Part shown: in pieces, positions 19,470 to 29,652 of the stretch
Layout: each line of letters begins with the position of its first letter
Position numbering within the stretch: position 1 is the first letter of the stretch
NCBI GenBank assembly: GCA_013374855.1
Contig: CP055308.1
Span: forward strand, 532,071 to 596,070
Direction of reading: 5' to 3'
Source: Candidatus Woesebacteria bacterium
GTDB taxonomy: Bacteria > Patescibacteriota > Microgenomatia > UBA8517
Length of the DNA stretch: 64,000 bases
Program-made: the position numbers and the translations under genes
Notes under the pieces: generated by a model
The model's database searches: none
What the model was told of the DNA's origin: nothing
The model's input: the letters and a program-made list of their open reading frames with translations, nothing else

Positions 19470-20729
19470 ATGAAAGGCAAACTTTTTTGGATTGTTTTAT
19501 TTTTGGGGATAATTGTTAGGTTTTTCCTTGCTTTTTCATCAATACATCCTGATTTGGTAGCTTTTTACACAGGAGGTCAGATTGTTTTTGATGGTCATTT
19601 TTGGGATCTTTATGATTACATAGAGAAATTACCTTTTGATAGCCCTTTGAGAAAGATTTATCCTGCCGATCTTTTTATTTATCCACCACTTGTTTATCTT
19701 TTTTTTGGTTATGTGGCAACAACTTTTTCTACTATTGTCCCTGTTTATGTTCGTGAGGCTTTGATTTACGATCTGCCTTCGGTGCTTGGTGATTTAAGGC
19801 TTAATCTTTTTCTATTGTTGTTTAAGGTTAGTTATTTGCCTTTTGATTTGGGAATAGCTTTTTTGTTTTTGCAAATTTTTAAGGATAAGCCAAAAAAAGG
19901 ATTTTCAGCTTTCGTTCTTTGGATTTTTAATCCTGTTAACTTGTATGTTACTTACATGATGGGGCAGTTTGATGTTTTACCAACCTTTTTTGTAGTTTTT
20001 GCTTTTTATCTCATTGTTTCTTTTTATAAAACAAAACCTCATTATCTTTATCTGGCTGGATTTTCTTTAGGTGTGGGAGCCTCATTAAAAATTTATCCTT
20101 TACTATTTATACCTCTCTTAATGTTTTTAGAGAAAAATTGGTTTAGGAGGTTGCTTTTGTTTTTTGTCTCTTTTGGTGTTTATCTTTTGTCTATATTTCC
20201 ATTTTTAGACTCTCCTGGATTCCGATCTTCGGCGCTTTTGGCAGGACATACGCTTAAAAGTTTTTATGCAACAATACCAATCTCTGGAGGGCAGTCGATA
20301 ATTATTTATCTATCTCTTTTGTTTTTTGTTTATTGGGTTTTTTACTTTAGGGGAGTAACTTTAAATAATTTGTGGAGTGGTTTTTTTATTATTTTATTGT
20401 TGTTTTTTGTTTTTACACATTACCACCCTCAGTGGTTTTTATGGATAATCCCCTTTTTAATTTTTGATTTGATTGATTCAGATGGAAAAAACTGGCCTTT
20501 GGTTTTATTATCGGTCTTTGTGTTTTTTGGTTTGGTATTGTTTTTTGACAGGAGTCTAAGTTTGGGTCTGTTTTCCCCTCTGTTTCCCTCTCTTTTTAGT
20601 GGACAATCAATCTGGGAACTTCTTGGAGTAAATTTGGAATTAAATTTGTGGAGAAGTGTCTTGCACTCATTGTTTGTGTCGGTAGCTCTCTTTTACTTTT
20701 ACATTCTCATTCCCAAAAATTGGAAGTAA
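19470..20729 (+). CDS. Polytopic membrane protein, DUF2029 / GT87-like (putative mannosyltransferase-type GT-C)
   Basis: FNPVNLYVTYMMGQFDVLPTFF is an NP...GQ.D motif. It has about 10 TM segments. I set the start at the internal ATG (MKGKLFW), just after the upstream stop. Confidence 0.4.
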   Translation: MKGKLFWIVLFLGIIVRFFLAFSSIHPDLVAFYTGGQIVFDGHFWDLYDYIEKLPFDSPLRKIYPADLFIYPPLVYLFFGYVATTFSTIVPVYVREALIYDLPSVLGDLRLNLFLLLFKVSYLPFDLGIAFLFLQIFKDKPKKGFSAFVLWIFNPVNLYVTYMMGQFDVLPTFFVVFAFYLIVSFYKTKPHYLYLAGFSLGVGASLKIYPLLFIPLLMFLEKNWFRRLLLFFVSFGVYLLSIFPFLDSPGFRSSALLAGHTLKSFYATIPISGGQSIIIYLSLLFFVYWVFYFRGVTLNNLWSGFFIILLLFFVFTHYHPQWFLWIIPFLIFDLIDSDGKNWPLVLLSVFVFFGLVLFFDRSLSLGLFSPLFPSLFSGQSIWELLGVNLELNLWRSVLHSLFVSVALFYFYILIPKNWK

Positions 20730-20733
20730 GTTT

Positions 20734-22074
20734 ATGAACAGAAATTTAGTCCTTTTAATTTTTATTTTAGCTTTTTTGTTTAGATTATTTCTTTTGCCTT
20801 TTGGGAATCATCATGATCTGTTGGTTAATGCTGAATGGGGACAAACTTTGTTTGTGGAGGGAGCAGACTCATTTTATCAGAAAAAGGATTGGATTTATGG
20901 CTCACCAACGCAGTTTCCCTTGATTAATTTGATCTATTCTTATAATTTTCAATTCTTTGGAAAGTGCGTGGTTCTTTTTAATTTTATAAACGAGTTTTTA
21001 AGCGAGCACAACTTTTTTCCCACTTTGTTTTCTCATTGGTTCCGTTTTAACAGTTGGTTTTCTTGGACTTATTTTGACGAATCGCCTTTTATGAACGGTT
21101 ATTTGGTTGTGATGAAGCTGATACCTCTTGTTTTTGACTTGCTAACAATGCTTCTTGTCTTGTTTTTAGCAAAGAAGTTAAAGTTAAGGTCTAGACTTTT
21201 AATTCCTTTGTTATTGGGTGTTGCTTTTATGCCTTTTGTTTGGTATGAGAGTGTTTTGTGGGGGCAATATGATCAATTTTCTTCTTTTCTAGCTATTCTG
21301 TCATTGTTTGCTGTTTTTCTTTGTAAAAATAAGCAATTTGCTTTTGTTTTGTCATCTTTTTTGTTTTCCATTTCTTTTCAGATTAAACCAACTGTTTTGT
21401 TTGTTTTTCCACTGTTTCTTGTTTTTTATTTCCACTTGAGGCCAAAGGTTTTAACAATTATTTTTGCCTTGATTGTAAACTTAATGTTTTTGTTTTTTAC
21501 AACCTTACCGTTTTTGGGTGAAAAAGGTTTTCTTGAGTTTTTTATCCAGACAATAATTCCTACCGTTTTTAATAATAACAGATATGGTCTTGTTGGTAGG
21601 GCTTTTAATTTTTGGTCATTATTTGCTCATTTTGGTGTTTCCTCACTTGATTTCTACATTTTGGGTATTAAGGCTTTTTATATTGCATCTTTGTTTTTGG
21701 TTGCTTTTGTAGTTTTGTCAATTTACCTTTTTCTTAAAAATAGGAATTTAATTGGAGCGTTGATTAGCTTGTATTTGTTAAGTGGCGGTTTTTATATGTT
21801 CTTTATTGGAGTGTTAGATAGGTATTTTTATCTTCCCTTAATTGTTCTATTAATTGTTGCTTTATTTAATGGAAAGGTATTTTTGTCTTGGCTTGCTAGC
21901 AGTTTGATTTTCAGTTTTAACTTATTTTATTCTTGGGGTTATCCTTTTCTAACGATAGGGGAAGCTTGGGAAAATTTTTTTTTGGTTAGGGTTGGTAGTT
22001 TCTTGAGTATATTTGTTTTTATTTTTACATCTGTTTACTTTTTGTTTATTTTTTGCTACTCTGAGAAAGTATGA
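20734..22074 (+). CDS. Polytopic membrane protein, DUF2029 / GT87-like
   Basis: The VWYESVLWGQYDQF motif is analogous to the upstream gene, and the protein is multi-TM. Confidence 0.4.
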   Translation: MNRNLVLLIFILAFLFRLFLLPFGNHHDLLVNAEWGQTLFVEGADSFYQKKDWIYGSPTQFPLINLIYSYNFQFFGKCVVLFNFINEFLSEHNFFPTLFSHWFRFNSWFSWTYFDESPFMNGYLVVMKLIPLVFDLLTMLLVLFLAKKLKLRSRLLIPLLLGVAFMPFVWYESVLWGQYDQFSSFLAILSLFAVFLCKNKQFAFVLSSFLFSISFQIKPTVLFVFPLFLVFYFHLRPKVLTIIFALIVNLMFLFFTTLPFLGEKGFLEFFIQTIIPTVFNNNRYGLVGRAFNFWSLFAHFGVSSLDFYILGIKAFYIASLFLVAFVVLSIYLFLKNRNLIGALISLYLLSGGFYMFFIGVLDRYFYLPLIVLLIVALFNGKVFLSWLASSLIFSFNLFYSWGYPFLTIGEAWENFFLVRVGSFLSIFVFIFTSVYFLFIFCYSEKV

Positions 22075-22814
22075 AAAGACAACCTAAGATTGTAATAGTA
22101 ATGCCCGCATATAACGCAGAAAGAACTCTTAAGGACACTTATAAGGAAATTCCCAGAGAGTTTAGAAAGCACATTATTCTGGTTGATGATCAAAGCAAAG
22201 ATAAAACTGTAGAAGTGGCGAAAAAGCTTGGAATAAAAGTTTTTACTCATCCAAATAATCTTGGCTATGGTGGGAATCAAAAGACTTGTTATTGGGAAGC
22301 TTTAAAGTTAAAGCCTGATGTTGTTGTAATGCTTCATACGGATTATCAATATGATGCGACCATGATACCTTATCTTGTTCAGCCGATTCTGGATGGAAAA
22401 TTTGATTTTATGTTTGGGAGTAGAATTGCAAATAGAAGGGGTGCCTTGGAGGGCGGCATGCCTCCTCTGAAATACTATGTTAATAGAATTGTTTGCTTTA
22501 TCCAAAATATTCTTTTGGGAGTTAATTTTACAGAGCATTTTTCGGGATTCCGTGCCTACAGCAGTAAACTTTTGAAAAAGGTTCCTTTTCAGAGGTTTTC
22601 CAATGATTTTGTTTTTGATCAGGAGATGACAATTTCTGCTATAAGTTATGGTTTTAGAATAGGGGAGATTCCAATCCCCACAAGGTATCACGAAAGAGCG
22701 TCTTCTGTCGGGTTTTGGAAAGGGAGTAAGTTTATCTTAGAGGGCTTCTTGACAATCCTTGCTTATTTTTTACATAGGTGGGGCATTAAAAAGGATAGAA
22801 GGTTTAAGATGTAG
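22071..22814 (+). CDS. GT2 polyprenol-phosphate glycosyltransferase (DPM1/GtrB-like)
   Basis: IVIVMPAYNAERTL..VDDQSKDKT...HTDYQYDA...FSGFRAY. It has an ATGA overlap with the upstream gene. Confidence 0.7.
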   Translation: MKRQPKIVIVMPAYNAERTLKDTYKEIPREFRKHIILVDDQSKDKTVEVAKKLGIKVFTHPNNLGYGGNQKTCYWEALKLKPDVVVMLHTDYQYDATMIPYLVQPILDGKFDFMFGSRIANRRGALEGGMPPLKYYVNRIVCFIQNILLGVNFTEHFSGFRAYSSKLLKKVPFQRFSNDFVFDQEMTISAISYGFRIGEIPIPTRYHERASSVGFWKGSKFILEGFLTILAYFLHRWGIKKDRRFKM

Positions 22815-22817
22815 AAT

Positions 22818-23828
22818 TTACCAATTACCTGTACTTATAAATTTCTGGTATTTGGCGATAGTTAGGATTAGTTGAAAGATAAAAAGGATTGTAAGGTGGT
22901 TTTTCTTTAGTTTTGCGAAAGGAAGGGCAAAATAGATCCAACTGAAGTACCATAACTGCGCCTGATTGTATTTTGCCAATATTACAATTAAACTTACAAT
23001 TATCATTATTCTTGCTAAAGTTGTTTTTTTTGTTTTTTTAAGAAAGATTAAGGGAGAGAAAAGGATACTTATATATTTTGTTAATACAGAAAGAGAAAGC
23101 GCGATTATGCTTTTTGTTTTTTGAGAATTTTTCCAAAATAAAGCTGAAAGGAAGAACAAGAATAGCATTATTGTTTCGTTATGGGAGTTTATGACTAATT
23201 CTATTAAAAGAAGTGGGTTAGTAAACCAGAGATAAATTGCTTTCCTTTTGTTTTTTATAATTTTTGAGATTATTATTCCTGTTGCTATGAATAGGAGTAC
23301 ATTTAGAATTTTGCTGAAGTAAAAGATTGTTAAGAACTTCTCTACTCCAAAGATGAACATTGGTATTAAGGAAACAAAAAGAGCAAGTGGTCCATAAATA
23401 TATGGTCTGTGTGTCCAGTAGGTAAAAGATAGCCATATATCTTGATCACGGAGTGTTTCTGGAATAGTGGTGTATGGATTAAGTTTATAAAAGTAGAGAA
23501 TTTTTGCTGAGAAAAGGTAACTGAATATATCGCTGGATAAAAAAGGGTAGGCTAGTGAAAGACAAAAAATCCCCAGGAATATTAGTCTTGTTTTTAGCTT
23601 TTTTTTAGTAAAAACGAAATAGAGTTGAATTATGGTCAATGTTACGACTGTTGCGATAAACCAAAATTCAAAAATATGCCGGTTATAAATCATAAAACCC
23701 CTTAGTTGGAAAAGCTTATTGAATATAGGTTTTGTTTGCGAGATAAATGTTATGAAACCGTGATCAGAAAAAGCATAGCAAATTGCTGCTGTAAGAGACG
23801 ATATAAATATAAATATTATTTCTACCAC
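22818..23828 (-). CDS. Polytopic membrane protein, DUF2029 / GT87-like
   Basis: FTNPLLLIELVINSHNETIM is an NP..E...H(N/D)E motif of the GT87 type. It is multi-TM and convergent with the upstream + operon. Confidence 0.45.
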   Translation of the reverse strand: MVEIIFIFISSLTAAICYAFSDHGFITFISQTKPIFNKLFQLRGFMIYNRHIFEFWFIATVVTLTIIQLYFVFTKKKLKTRLIFLGIFCLSLAYPFLSSDIFSYLFSAKILYFYKLNPYTTIPETLRDQDIWLSFTYWTHRPYIYGPLALFVSLIPMFIFGVEKFLTIFYFSKILNVLLFIATGIIISKIIKNKRKAIYLWFTNPLLLIELVINSHNETIMLFLFFLSALFWKNSQKTKSIIALSLSVLTKYISILFSPLIFLKKTKKTTLARIMIIVSLIVILAKYNQAQLWYFSWIYFALPFAKLKKNHLTILFIFQLILTIAKYQKFISTGNW

Positions 23829-23951
23829 TTTCTAATTTTAACATTAATGTAAGTTTTATTTTATTTTCAGAATTTTGTTAAGATATTTTTCTTTTTTGAA
23901 ATAATCTTAGTGTAGGTTTAGCTTAATATTTAAGAATGATTTAAATTGTTT

Positions 23952-25463
23952 TTATTGTATTTTTGGAAAATTGGGAGGAATTATTTTTTCCCAGTTTGCA
24001 TTTATATAGAGAGTGGATTGGTAGTTCCACTTGATTGCAAATATAACCAGAAAGATTAAAATAATTTGACAGATTTTTGTTGCAAATTTAATCCTTTCTC
24101 TTGGCAGCAAGTTAAATAGTAAGAGTAGTGAAATTATTATTACAGATATTCTGTATTCTATTTTGTTTGGGTAATCTTTCAGTATTTGATGCCCCCAGTA
24201 GAAACTGCTTGAAAATGGGAGTAGGTAGAATACTACTGCAATATTTGTGTTAATATATTTTACCATTTTCCATAATATGTATCCGCTAGTTATGGAAAGG
24301 TATGGTATTAGGTGGAAGTAATACCAAGGATAACTTAAACCAGCAAAGAAAAGAACTATTAAAAATGAAGAAATTATAGGGATTAGAGACAACTCTAGTT
24401 TTAATTTGTTCTTTAATATAAAAGATGTAGTTAGTGCAGATATAAATCCCCATAACCACCAGCCATCCAAGTTTAGTTTATCAGACCACTGATGAGTAAA
24501 TATATTTATAAAATTTAAAGATCCTAGAAATTCTCTTTGAGAATTAGCTATTATCAATTTCCAGAAGAAATTGCCAGCAATCCAATTTCCCCACAGTAAG
24601 TATCCTAGTAGAGGAATTAATGCGAATAAAATAAACAGAATTAGATTTTTTTTATAATTCTTTTGCCTTGATAAAATAATGATACCTGCTATCAGAAATG
24701 ACACTCCCGCTTCTTTTGCAAGTATTGATAAACCAGCAAAAATTCCTGATATGATTGCCAATATTTTTGCGGTTTTACTGTAAGATTTCTTATTGAATAA
24801 TATGGAAAGGGTTAGGAAATTTATCATAATTAATGAAATAGTTGATAGAACATTTTCTAAAAGGGCATATCGGACATAGAAGAAAAATGAGGGTGCAGAG
24901 TTATAAGTTGCTGTGCTTAGTGTAGCGATCCAAGGGTTTTTAAATATCTGAATACTTAGCACAAATATTAGTAAGCTGTTTAACACTGCTAGGTATAGTG
25001 CCACTTTGCGGTATTGTTCTGGTTTGATTTGGTCTAGTCTGCTTACAGTTTTGGGAACACCTAAGCTGTAGATTAAACCACCTAATGGTGGGTGATCTAT
25101 AAAAGGTTGAACAATTTTGACATGCTCCATTCCGCGACCAAAATCGAATTGATTTACTGATATTACAGGTTTTGGAAATTTATAATAATTGGTTAATTTT
25201 GGTTTTTCTTCATCAACCTTTATATAGAAATCTTCTAGTTTGGTAGATATGTTTTTAAATGATTCAGTTTCATATTCATAAACATTTGACCAGCCTATTG
25301 GTATTCCATTTTTCCTTATGCTAATTCCTTGGATTACATAATTTCTTTCGTCAAATATTCCTGTGTCGGGTATCTTTTCATGACCAATTTGCCTATTTTG
25401 AGCGAATATGTGTGTTAAGTATAAAGTGATAATTATATTTATTATGATTATGCTCCGTTTCAT
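23952..25463 (-). CDS. Membrane protein: N-terminal signal anchor, a soluble domain of about 150 aa, then a multi-TM GT-C-like domain
   Basis: MKRSIIIINIIITLYL is the anchor. The TM region contains AGLSILAKEAGVSFLIAGIIIL, which is PMT/ArnT-like. Confidence 0.4.
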   Translation of the reverse strand: MKRSIIIINIIITLYLTHIFAQNRQIGHEKIPDTGIFDERNYVIQGISIRKNGIPIGWSNVYEYETESFKNISTKLEDFYIKVDEEKPKLTNYYKFPKPVISVNQFDFGRGMEHVKIVQPFIDHPPLGGLIYSLGVPKTVSRLDQIKPEQYRKVALYLAVLNSLLIFVLSIQIFKNPWIATLSTATYNSAPSFFFYVRYALLENVLSTISLIMINFLTLSILFNKKSYSKTAKILAIISGIFAGLSILAKEAGVSFLIAGIIILSRQKNYKKNLILFILFALIPLLGYLLWGNWIAGNFFWKLIIANSQREFLGSLNFINIFTHQWSDKLNLDGWWLWGFISALTTSFILKNKLKLELSLIPIISSFLIVLFFAGLSYPWYYFHLIPYLSITSGYILWKMVKYINTNIAVVFYLLPFSSSFYWGHQILKDYPNKIEYRISVIIISLLLLFNLLPRERIKFATKICQIILIFLVIFAIKWNYQSTLYINANWEKIIPPNFPKIQ

Positions 25464-25563
25464 TTTTTATTTTTATTTTAACATTTTATATTCTTTATTT
25501 TTAAAGGTTTGTTTTTTGTTTCTTCTGTTTTTCTTTATTCTTTTGGTAGGGTAAAATAGACCT

Positions 25564-27216
25564 ATGTTTAGCAAGAGGATTTGCTTTCTTGTTTTGTTTT
25601 TTGTTGTCATACTTTCCTTTTTTTTCCGTTTTTACAGACTAACGAGCGTCCCCCCTTCTCTGAATTGGGATGAGGTTTCGATTGGATATAATGCGTATTC
25701 TATTCTTAAGACGGGCAAGGATGAGTGGGGAGATTTTCTTCCCTTGCATTTTAAGTCTTATGGCGAATACAAGCTTCCTGGTCAAGTTTATTTTTCCATT
25801 CCGGCAATTGCTATCTTTGGCCTGAACGATTTTTCTGTTCGCATAACCCCTGTAGTTTATGGAACTTTAACTGTTCTTTTTGTTTATTTTCTGTCTCGCG
25901 AAATTTTTAAATCAGAAGCAATAGCTTTAATTTCTGCCTTTTTTATGGGGGTCTCGCCTTGGCATATTCAACTTACACGAGCATCTTTTGAGTCTTCTTT
26001 TGCCTTAATGTGGGTTGTTTTGGGGATGTTATTTTTTGTTAAAAGCTTTAGAAGATCGAAGCTTCTTTTTCTTTCTGCTTTGTTTTTTGCATTGGCAATG
26101 TATACATATAACTCTGCTCGTGGATTCTTGCCCTTTTTTGCTTTTTTTGTTTTACCTTTTTATCTCAAAGATTTTCTTAAGGAGAAAAAAACTGTTTTAC
26201 TTTCTTCTGTGTTTTTCTTGATTTTAATCTTGCCTATTTTACATTTTTTTCTCATTGGTGAAGGCAAAGCGCGTTACAAGCTTGTGAGTGTGACTGATGA
26301 AGCTGGTCTTATCCCAAGAATTGAGGAAAGAAGAAATCTTTCTGATATGCCTTATATTCTAAAGAAAATTATTTATAACAGGTACACATTTATAAGTTAT
26401 TACACAGTAAAAAATTACCTTTCCCATTTTACTCCCAGCTTTTTGTTTATAAACGGAGCACCCCATAAACAACATCATCCGCAGAAAATAGGAGAACTTT
26501 ACTGGATTCAGGCGCCGTTTTTGTTGTTGGGAATGTACCTTATTTTTAAGAAGAAAAATAAATATCGTTTTATTCTTTTGGTATGGCTTTTAACAGCCTT
26601 TATACCAGTATCTCTAACTCGAGATAGTATTCCGCATGCTTTAAGGACTCTAAATGCAGCACCTGTTTATCAGTTTCTAACAGCAGTTGGAGTTTATTAT
26701 TTTTTTAAATATATAAGATTAAAAAACATAATTGCTTTCTACTTTTTTCTTGCTACTACTTTTTTTATTTTCTTATTTCAGTTTGCAAAATATCAAATTT
26801 ATCTTTATAAAGAGTATCCTGTCTTGTATTCCCGTGATTGGCAATATGGATATAAAGAGGCGGTGAATTTTTTAGAAAAAAATTATGAAAAGTATGATTT
26901 AATAGTCTTTACTCGTGAGTATGGAGAGCCGCATATGTTTACTCTTTTTTATCTAAATTATCCACCGGATAGATTTCAAGGTGATAAAAATCTTGTTCGT
27001 TTTGAGACTTATGATTGGGTAAGGGTATTAAGGTTTGGTAAATTTTATTTTCCTGATCTTGGTGATGAGGGAACAACAGTTAATGATGTCAGAAAAGAAT
27101 TTCCTGGTAGGAAGATGCTGTTTATTGCAACTCCAGACGAGACTCCGGATGACACAAATATTCTGTATAAAGTTGATTTTCTTAATGGTAAACGTGCTTT
27201 TAACATTTTTGAATGA
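25564..27216 (+). CDS. GT-C family membrane glycosyltransferase (PMT_2/ArnT-like) with a C-terminal soluble domain
   Basis: SLNWDEVSIGYNAYSILKTGKDEWGDFLPLHF carries the DE motif. It is multi-TM and a tandem paralog of the next gene. Confidence 0.55.
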   Translation: MFSKRICFLVLFFVVILSFFFRFYRLTSVPPSLNWDEVSIGYNAYSILKTGKDEWGDFLPLHFKSYGEYKLPGQVYFSIPAIAIFGLNDFSVRITPVVYGTLTVLFVYFLSREIFKSEAIALISAFFMGVSPWHIQLTRASFESSFALMWVVLGMLFFVKSFRRSKLLFLSALFFALAMYTYNSARGFLPFFAFFVLPFYLKDFLKEKKTVLLSSVFFLILILPILHFFLIGEGKARYKLVSVTDEAGLIPRIEERRNLSDMPYILKKIIYNRYTFISYYTVKNYLSHFTPSFLFINGAPHKQHHPQKIGELYWIQAPFLLLGMYLIFKKKNKYRFILLVWLLTAFIPVSLTRDSIPHALRTLNAAPVYQFLTAVGVYYFFKYIRLKNIIAFYFFLATTFFIFLFQFAKYQIYLYKEYPVLYSRDWQYGYKEAVNFLEKNYEKYDLIVFTREYGEPHMFTLFYLNYPPDRFQGDKNLVRFETYDWVRVLRFGKFYFPDLGDEGTTVNDVRKEFPGRKMLFIATPDETPDDTNILYKVDFLNGKRAFNIFE

Positions 27217-28772
27217 AAAGCAAATTAATACTTTTATTTTTGGTTATACTCTTTTTGACAACCAGATTGTATTTTATTGGGAGTATTCCTGGTTCTGTTT
27301 ATTGGGATGAGGCTTCAATTGGATATAACGCGTACTCGATTCTTAAAACCGGAAGAGATGAATGGGGAGAATTTTTGCCGCTTCATTTTCGTGCTTTTGG
27401 AGAATTTAAACTTCCAGTTTATATCTATTCAACCATTCCCTTTATTTATGTTTTTGGTCTAAATGAAGTATCTGTAAGACTGCCGTCTGTTTTTTATTCT
27501 CTTTTTTCTCTGATAATTATTTACTTCTTGGTCAAAAAATTGACTGGAAATAATTCTGTTTCTTTCTTGTCTTGTTTTCTTTTTGTTGCCCTTCCTTGGA
27601 ATTTTATTTTTTCAAGAACAGGATATGAAGCAAGCGCTGGGCTTTTTTTCTTTCTTGTTTTTATTTCTGTTTGGTTTTATTTTAATCCGCTTGTTTTGGA
27701 TAAAAATAGGAAATTCAAAAGCCTTTTTTGGTGGCTTTTGTTTTTGTTTTCTTTTGTTTTATCTTTTTATTCTTACAATTCTTTTCGCTTTTGGAGTCCT
27801 GTTGTTTTTTTATTTCTTGTAGCTCAAATGTTTATAACTAAAAGAAAACTTTTTATAGGGAATTTACCTTTAATAATTCTATCTTTCTTTTTTATTATTG
27901 TCTCATTTTATCCTGTTTTTAGGCTTTACAAGTTTGATTATGGATTTTCAAGATATGAAGCAGTTGGGTTGACGGGTAGTTTTTTTGAAAAAACATCTAC
28001 ATTTTTTAAAAATTATTTCTCGCATTTCTCCTTTGATTTTCTTTTTGCAAAAGGAGATTTAAATATCAGAAGCCAAATACCCGGTTTTGGCCAAGTATTT
28101 ATTGTTAGCTTTCCATTTTTGATAATTGGTCTTTGGAGACTCTTAAAGAATAAAAATTTTAATCTTTGGTTTTTATTGTTTCTGTTTTTGATATCTCCTA
28201 TCCCATCAAGTATCACAAAAGAATCTCCCCATGCGCTTCGTTCTGTGCTTTTTGCTTTTGTCTTACCTGTTGTGTTATCTCTTGGAATAGTTGAATTTGT
28301 TGGTTTTTGGGGCAGGTTAAAAAAGTGGGTTTTGGGCTTAGTTTTGATTTCCTATTTTTCTTTTTTTGTTTTATACTTTTTAAAATTTGTCAATAATTAT
28401 AATTATCTTGCCTGTTCTCATTGGCAATGTGAATATAAAAAGATATTTAAAAATAAAAGTAGTTTAATCGAAAAAAGTGGTAAGGTTGTTGTTTCTGAAT
28501 CTCTTGCTCAGCCTTATATTTTTGCTCTTTTTTACAATAAATTTGATCCTTTGGAATTTAGGAAAAGTGTTTTATACAATCCACCAGATAGATGGGGTTT
28601 TTCTACTGTTTATTCTTTTGATAAGTTTGTTTTCAAAATTCCTGAAGAATCTGATATAAAATATGCAGATCTTATTTTTTCGGAAAGAGAATTGCCAGAA
28701 CTTAATATTTATTTGTTTGATAAAATAGAAATATCTGATAAATCATCAGTTTTTTGGGTCTATTCTAGATGA
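27213..28772 (+). CDS. GT-C family membrane glycosyltransferase (PMT_2/ArnT-like), tandem paralog
   Basis: SVYWDEASIGYNAYSILKTGRDEWGEFLPLHF. It has an ATGA overlap with the upstream gene. Confidence 0.55.
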   Translation: MKSKLILLFLVILFLTTRLYFIGSIPGSVYWDEASIGYNAYSILKTGRDEWGEFLPLHFRAFGEFKLPVYIYSTIPFIYVFGLNEVSVRLPSVFYSLFSLIIIYFLVKKLTGNNSVSFLSCFLFVALPWNFIFSRTGYEASAGLFFFLVFISVWFYFNPLVLDKNRKFKSLFWWLLFLFSFVLSFYSYNSFRFWSPVVFLFLVAQMFITKRKLFIGNLPLIILSFFFIIVSFYPVFRLYKFDYGFSRYEAVGLTGSFFEKTSTFFKNYFSHFSFDFLFAKGDLNIRSQIPGFGQVFIVSFPFLIIGLWRLLKNKNFNLWFLLFLFLISPIPSSITKESPHALRSVLFAFVLPVVLSLGIVEFVGFWGRLKKWVLGLVLISYFSFFVLYFLKFVNNYNYLACSHWQCEYKKIFKNKSSLIEKSGKVVVSESLAQPYIFALFYNKFDPLEFRKSVLYNPPDRWGFSTVYSFDKFVFKIPEESDIKYADLIFSERELPELNIYLFDKIEISDKSSVFWVYSR

Positions 28773-28791
28773 TTTGATAGACTAGATAATT

Positions 28792-29652
28792 ATGAGTAGA
28801 TTGTCTGTAGTTTTGGCAACGTACAACGAGGAAAAAAACTTGGGTAGATGTCTTAGTGCGGTAAAGGAAATTGCTGATGAGATAGTTATTGTTGATGGTT
28901 CATCAACCGATAAAACAGTGGATATTGCCAAAAGTTTTGGAGCAAAGGTTGTTGTTTGCGACAATCCTCCAATTTTTCATATAAATAAACAAAAAGCACT
29001 TGATCTGGCTTCTTCTGGTTGGATTTTGCAACTTGATGCTGATGAGGTGGTTACACCACAGCTTGCAAAAGAGATAAAAATGATTATTAGTCTCGATGAT
29101 AGGGAAATTGAGGTGTATCAACAAAATCTTAAGGAAAGAGACTTGTTTTTGCGACATCAAAGGTTAATTGAAGAAAGAGATGGAAAAATAGGGGAGGAGT
29201 CAAAAGAGTTTGCTGGTTTTTTTATTCCAAGGAAAAACTATTTCTTGGGCAAATTTTTAAGATATGGTGGAGTTTATCCTGATGGAGTTATTAGGCTGGT
29301 TAAGAAAGGCAAGGCTTACTTTCCTTGCAAAAGTGTTCATGAACAGATAGTCGTAAAAGGTAGGATTGGTTGGCTGGCAAATCCACTTTTACATTATGAT
29401 TCTCCTACTTTTTCTCGTTATCTAAAGAGGAATTCAAGGTATATAGACTTGATTGTTCAAGATTTAAAAAAACAAAAGGTTAAAAAGAATCTTTGGCAGT
29501 TTTTGAATTATTTTTTTTGGAAACCGTTGTGTTGGTTTTTACTAACAACATTAAGACACAAGGGTATATTAGATGGGTGGCAGGGAATTGTTTTTAGCTT
29601 TTTTTCTGCCCTTCGCTTTCCCAGAGCCTATTTTCGCTATCTCAACCTTTAA
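28792..29652 (+). CDS. GT2 glycosyltransferase, WaaE/KdtX-like
   Basis: LSVVLATYNEEKNLGRCLSAVKEIADEIVIVDGSSTDKT...LQLDADEVVTP. Confidence 0.7.
   Translation: MSRLSVVLATYNEEKNLGRCLSAVKEIADEIVIVDGSSTDKTVDIAKSFGAKVVVCDNPPIFHINKQKALDLASSGWILQLDADEVVTPQLAKEIKMIISLDDREIEVYQQNLKERDLFLRHQRLIEERDGKIGEESKEFAGFFIPRKNYFLGKFLRYGGVYPDGVIRLVKKGKAYFPCKSVHEQIVVKGRIGWLANPLLHYDSPTFSRYLKRNSRYIDLIVQDLKKQKVKKNLWQFLNYFFWKPLCWFLLTTLRHKGILDGWQGIVFSFFSALRFPRAYFRYLNL

Noticed and set aside
23829-25563. tRNA or other small RNA genes in the intergenic gaps (23829-23951, 25464-25563, 36099-36359, 43643-43873, 46941-47507, 47934-48115, 49801-49898, 56654-56765, 57619-57713)
   Set aside because: All are AT-rich with no GC-rich cloverleaf-compatible segments, and none has acceptor/T-arm-like complementarity. 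I annotated no RNA genes.
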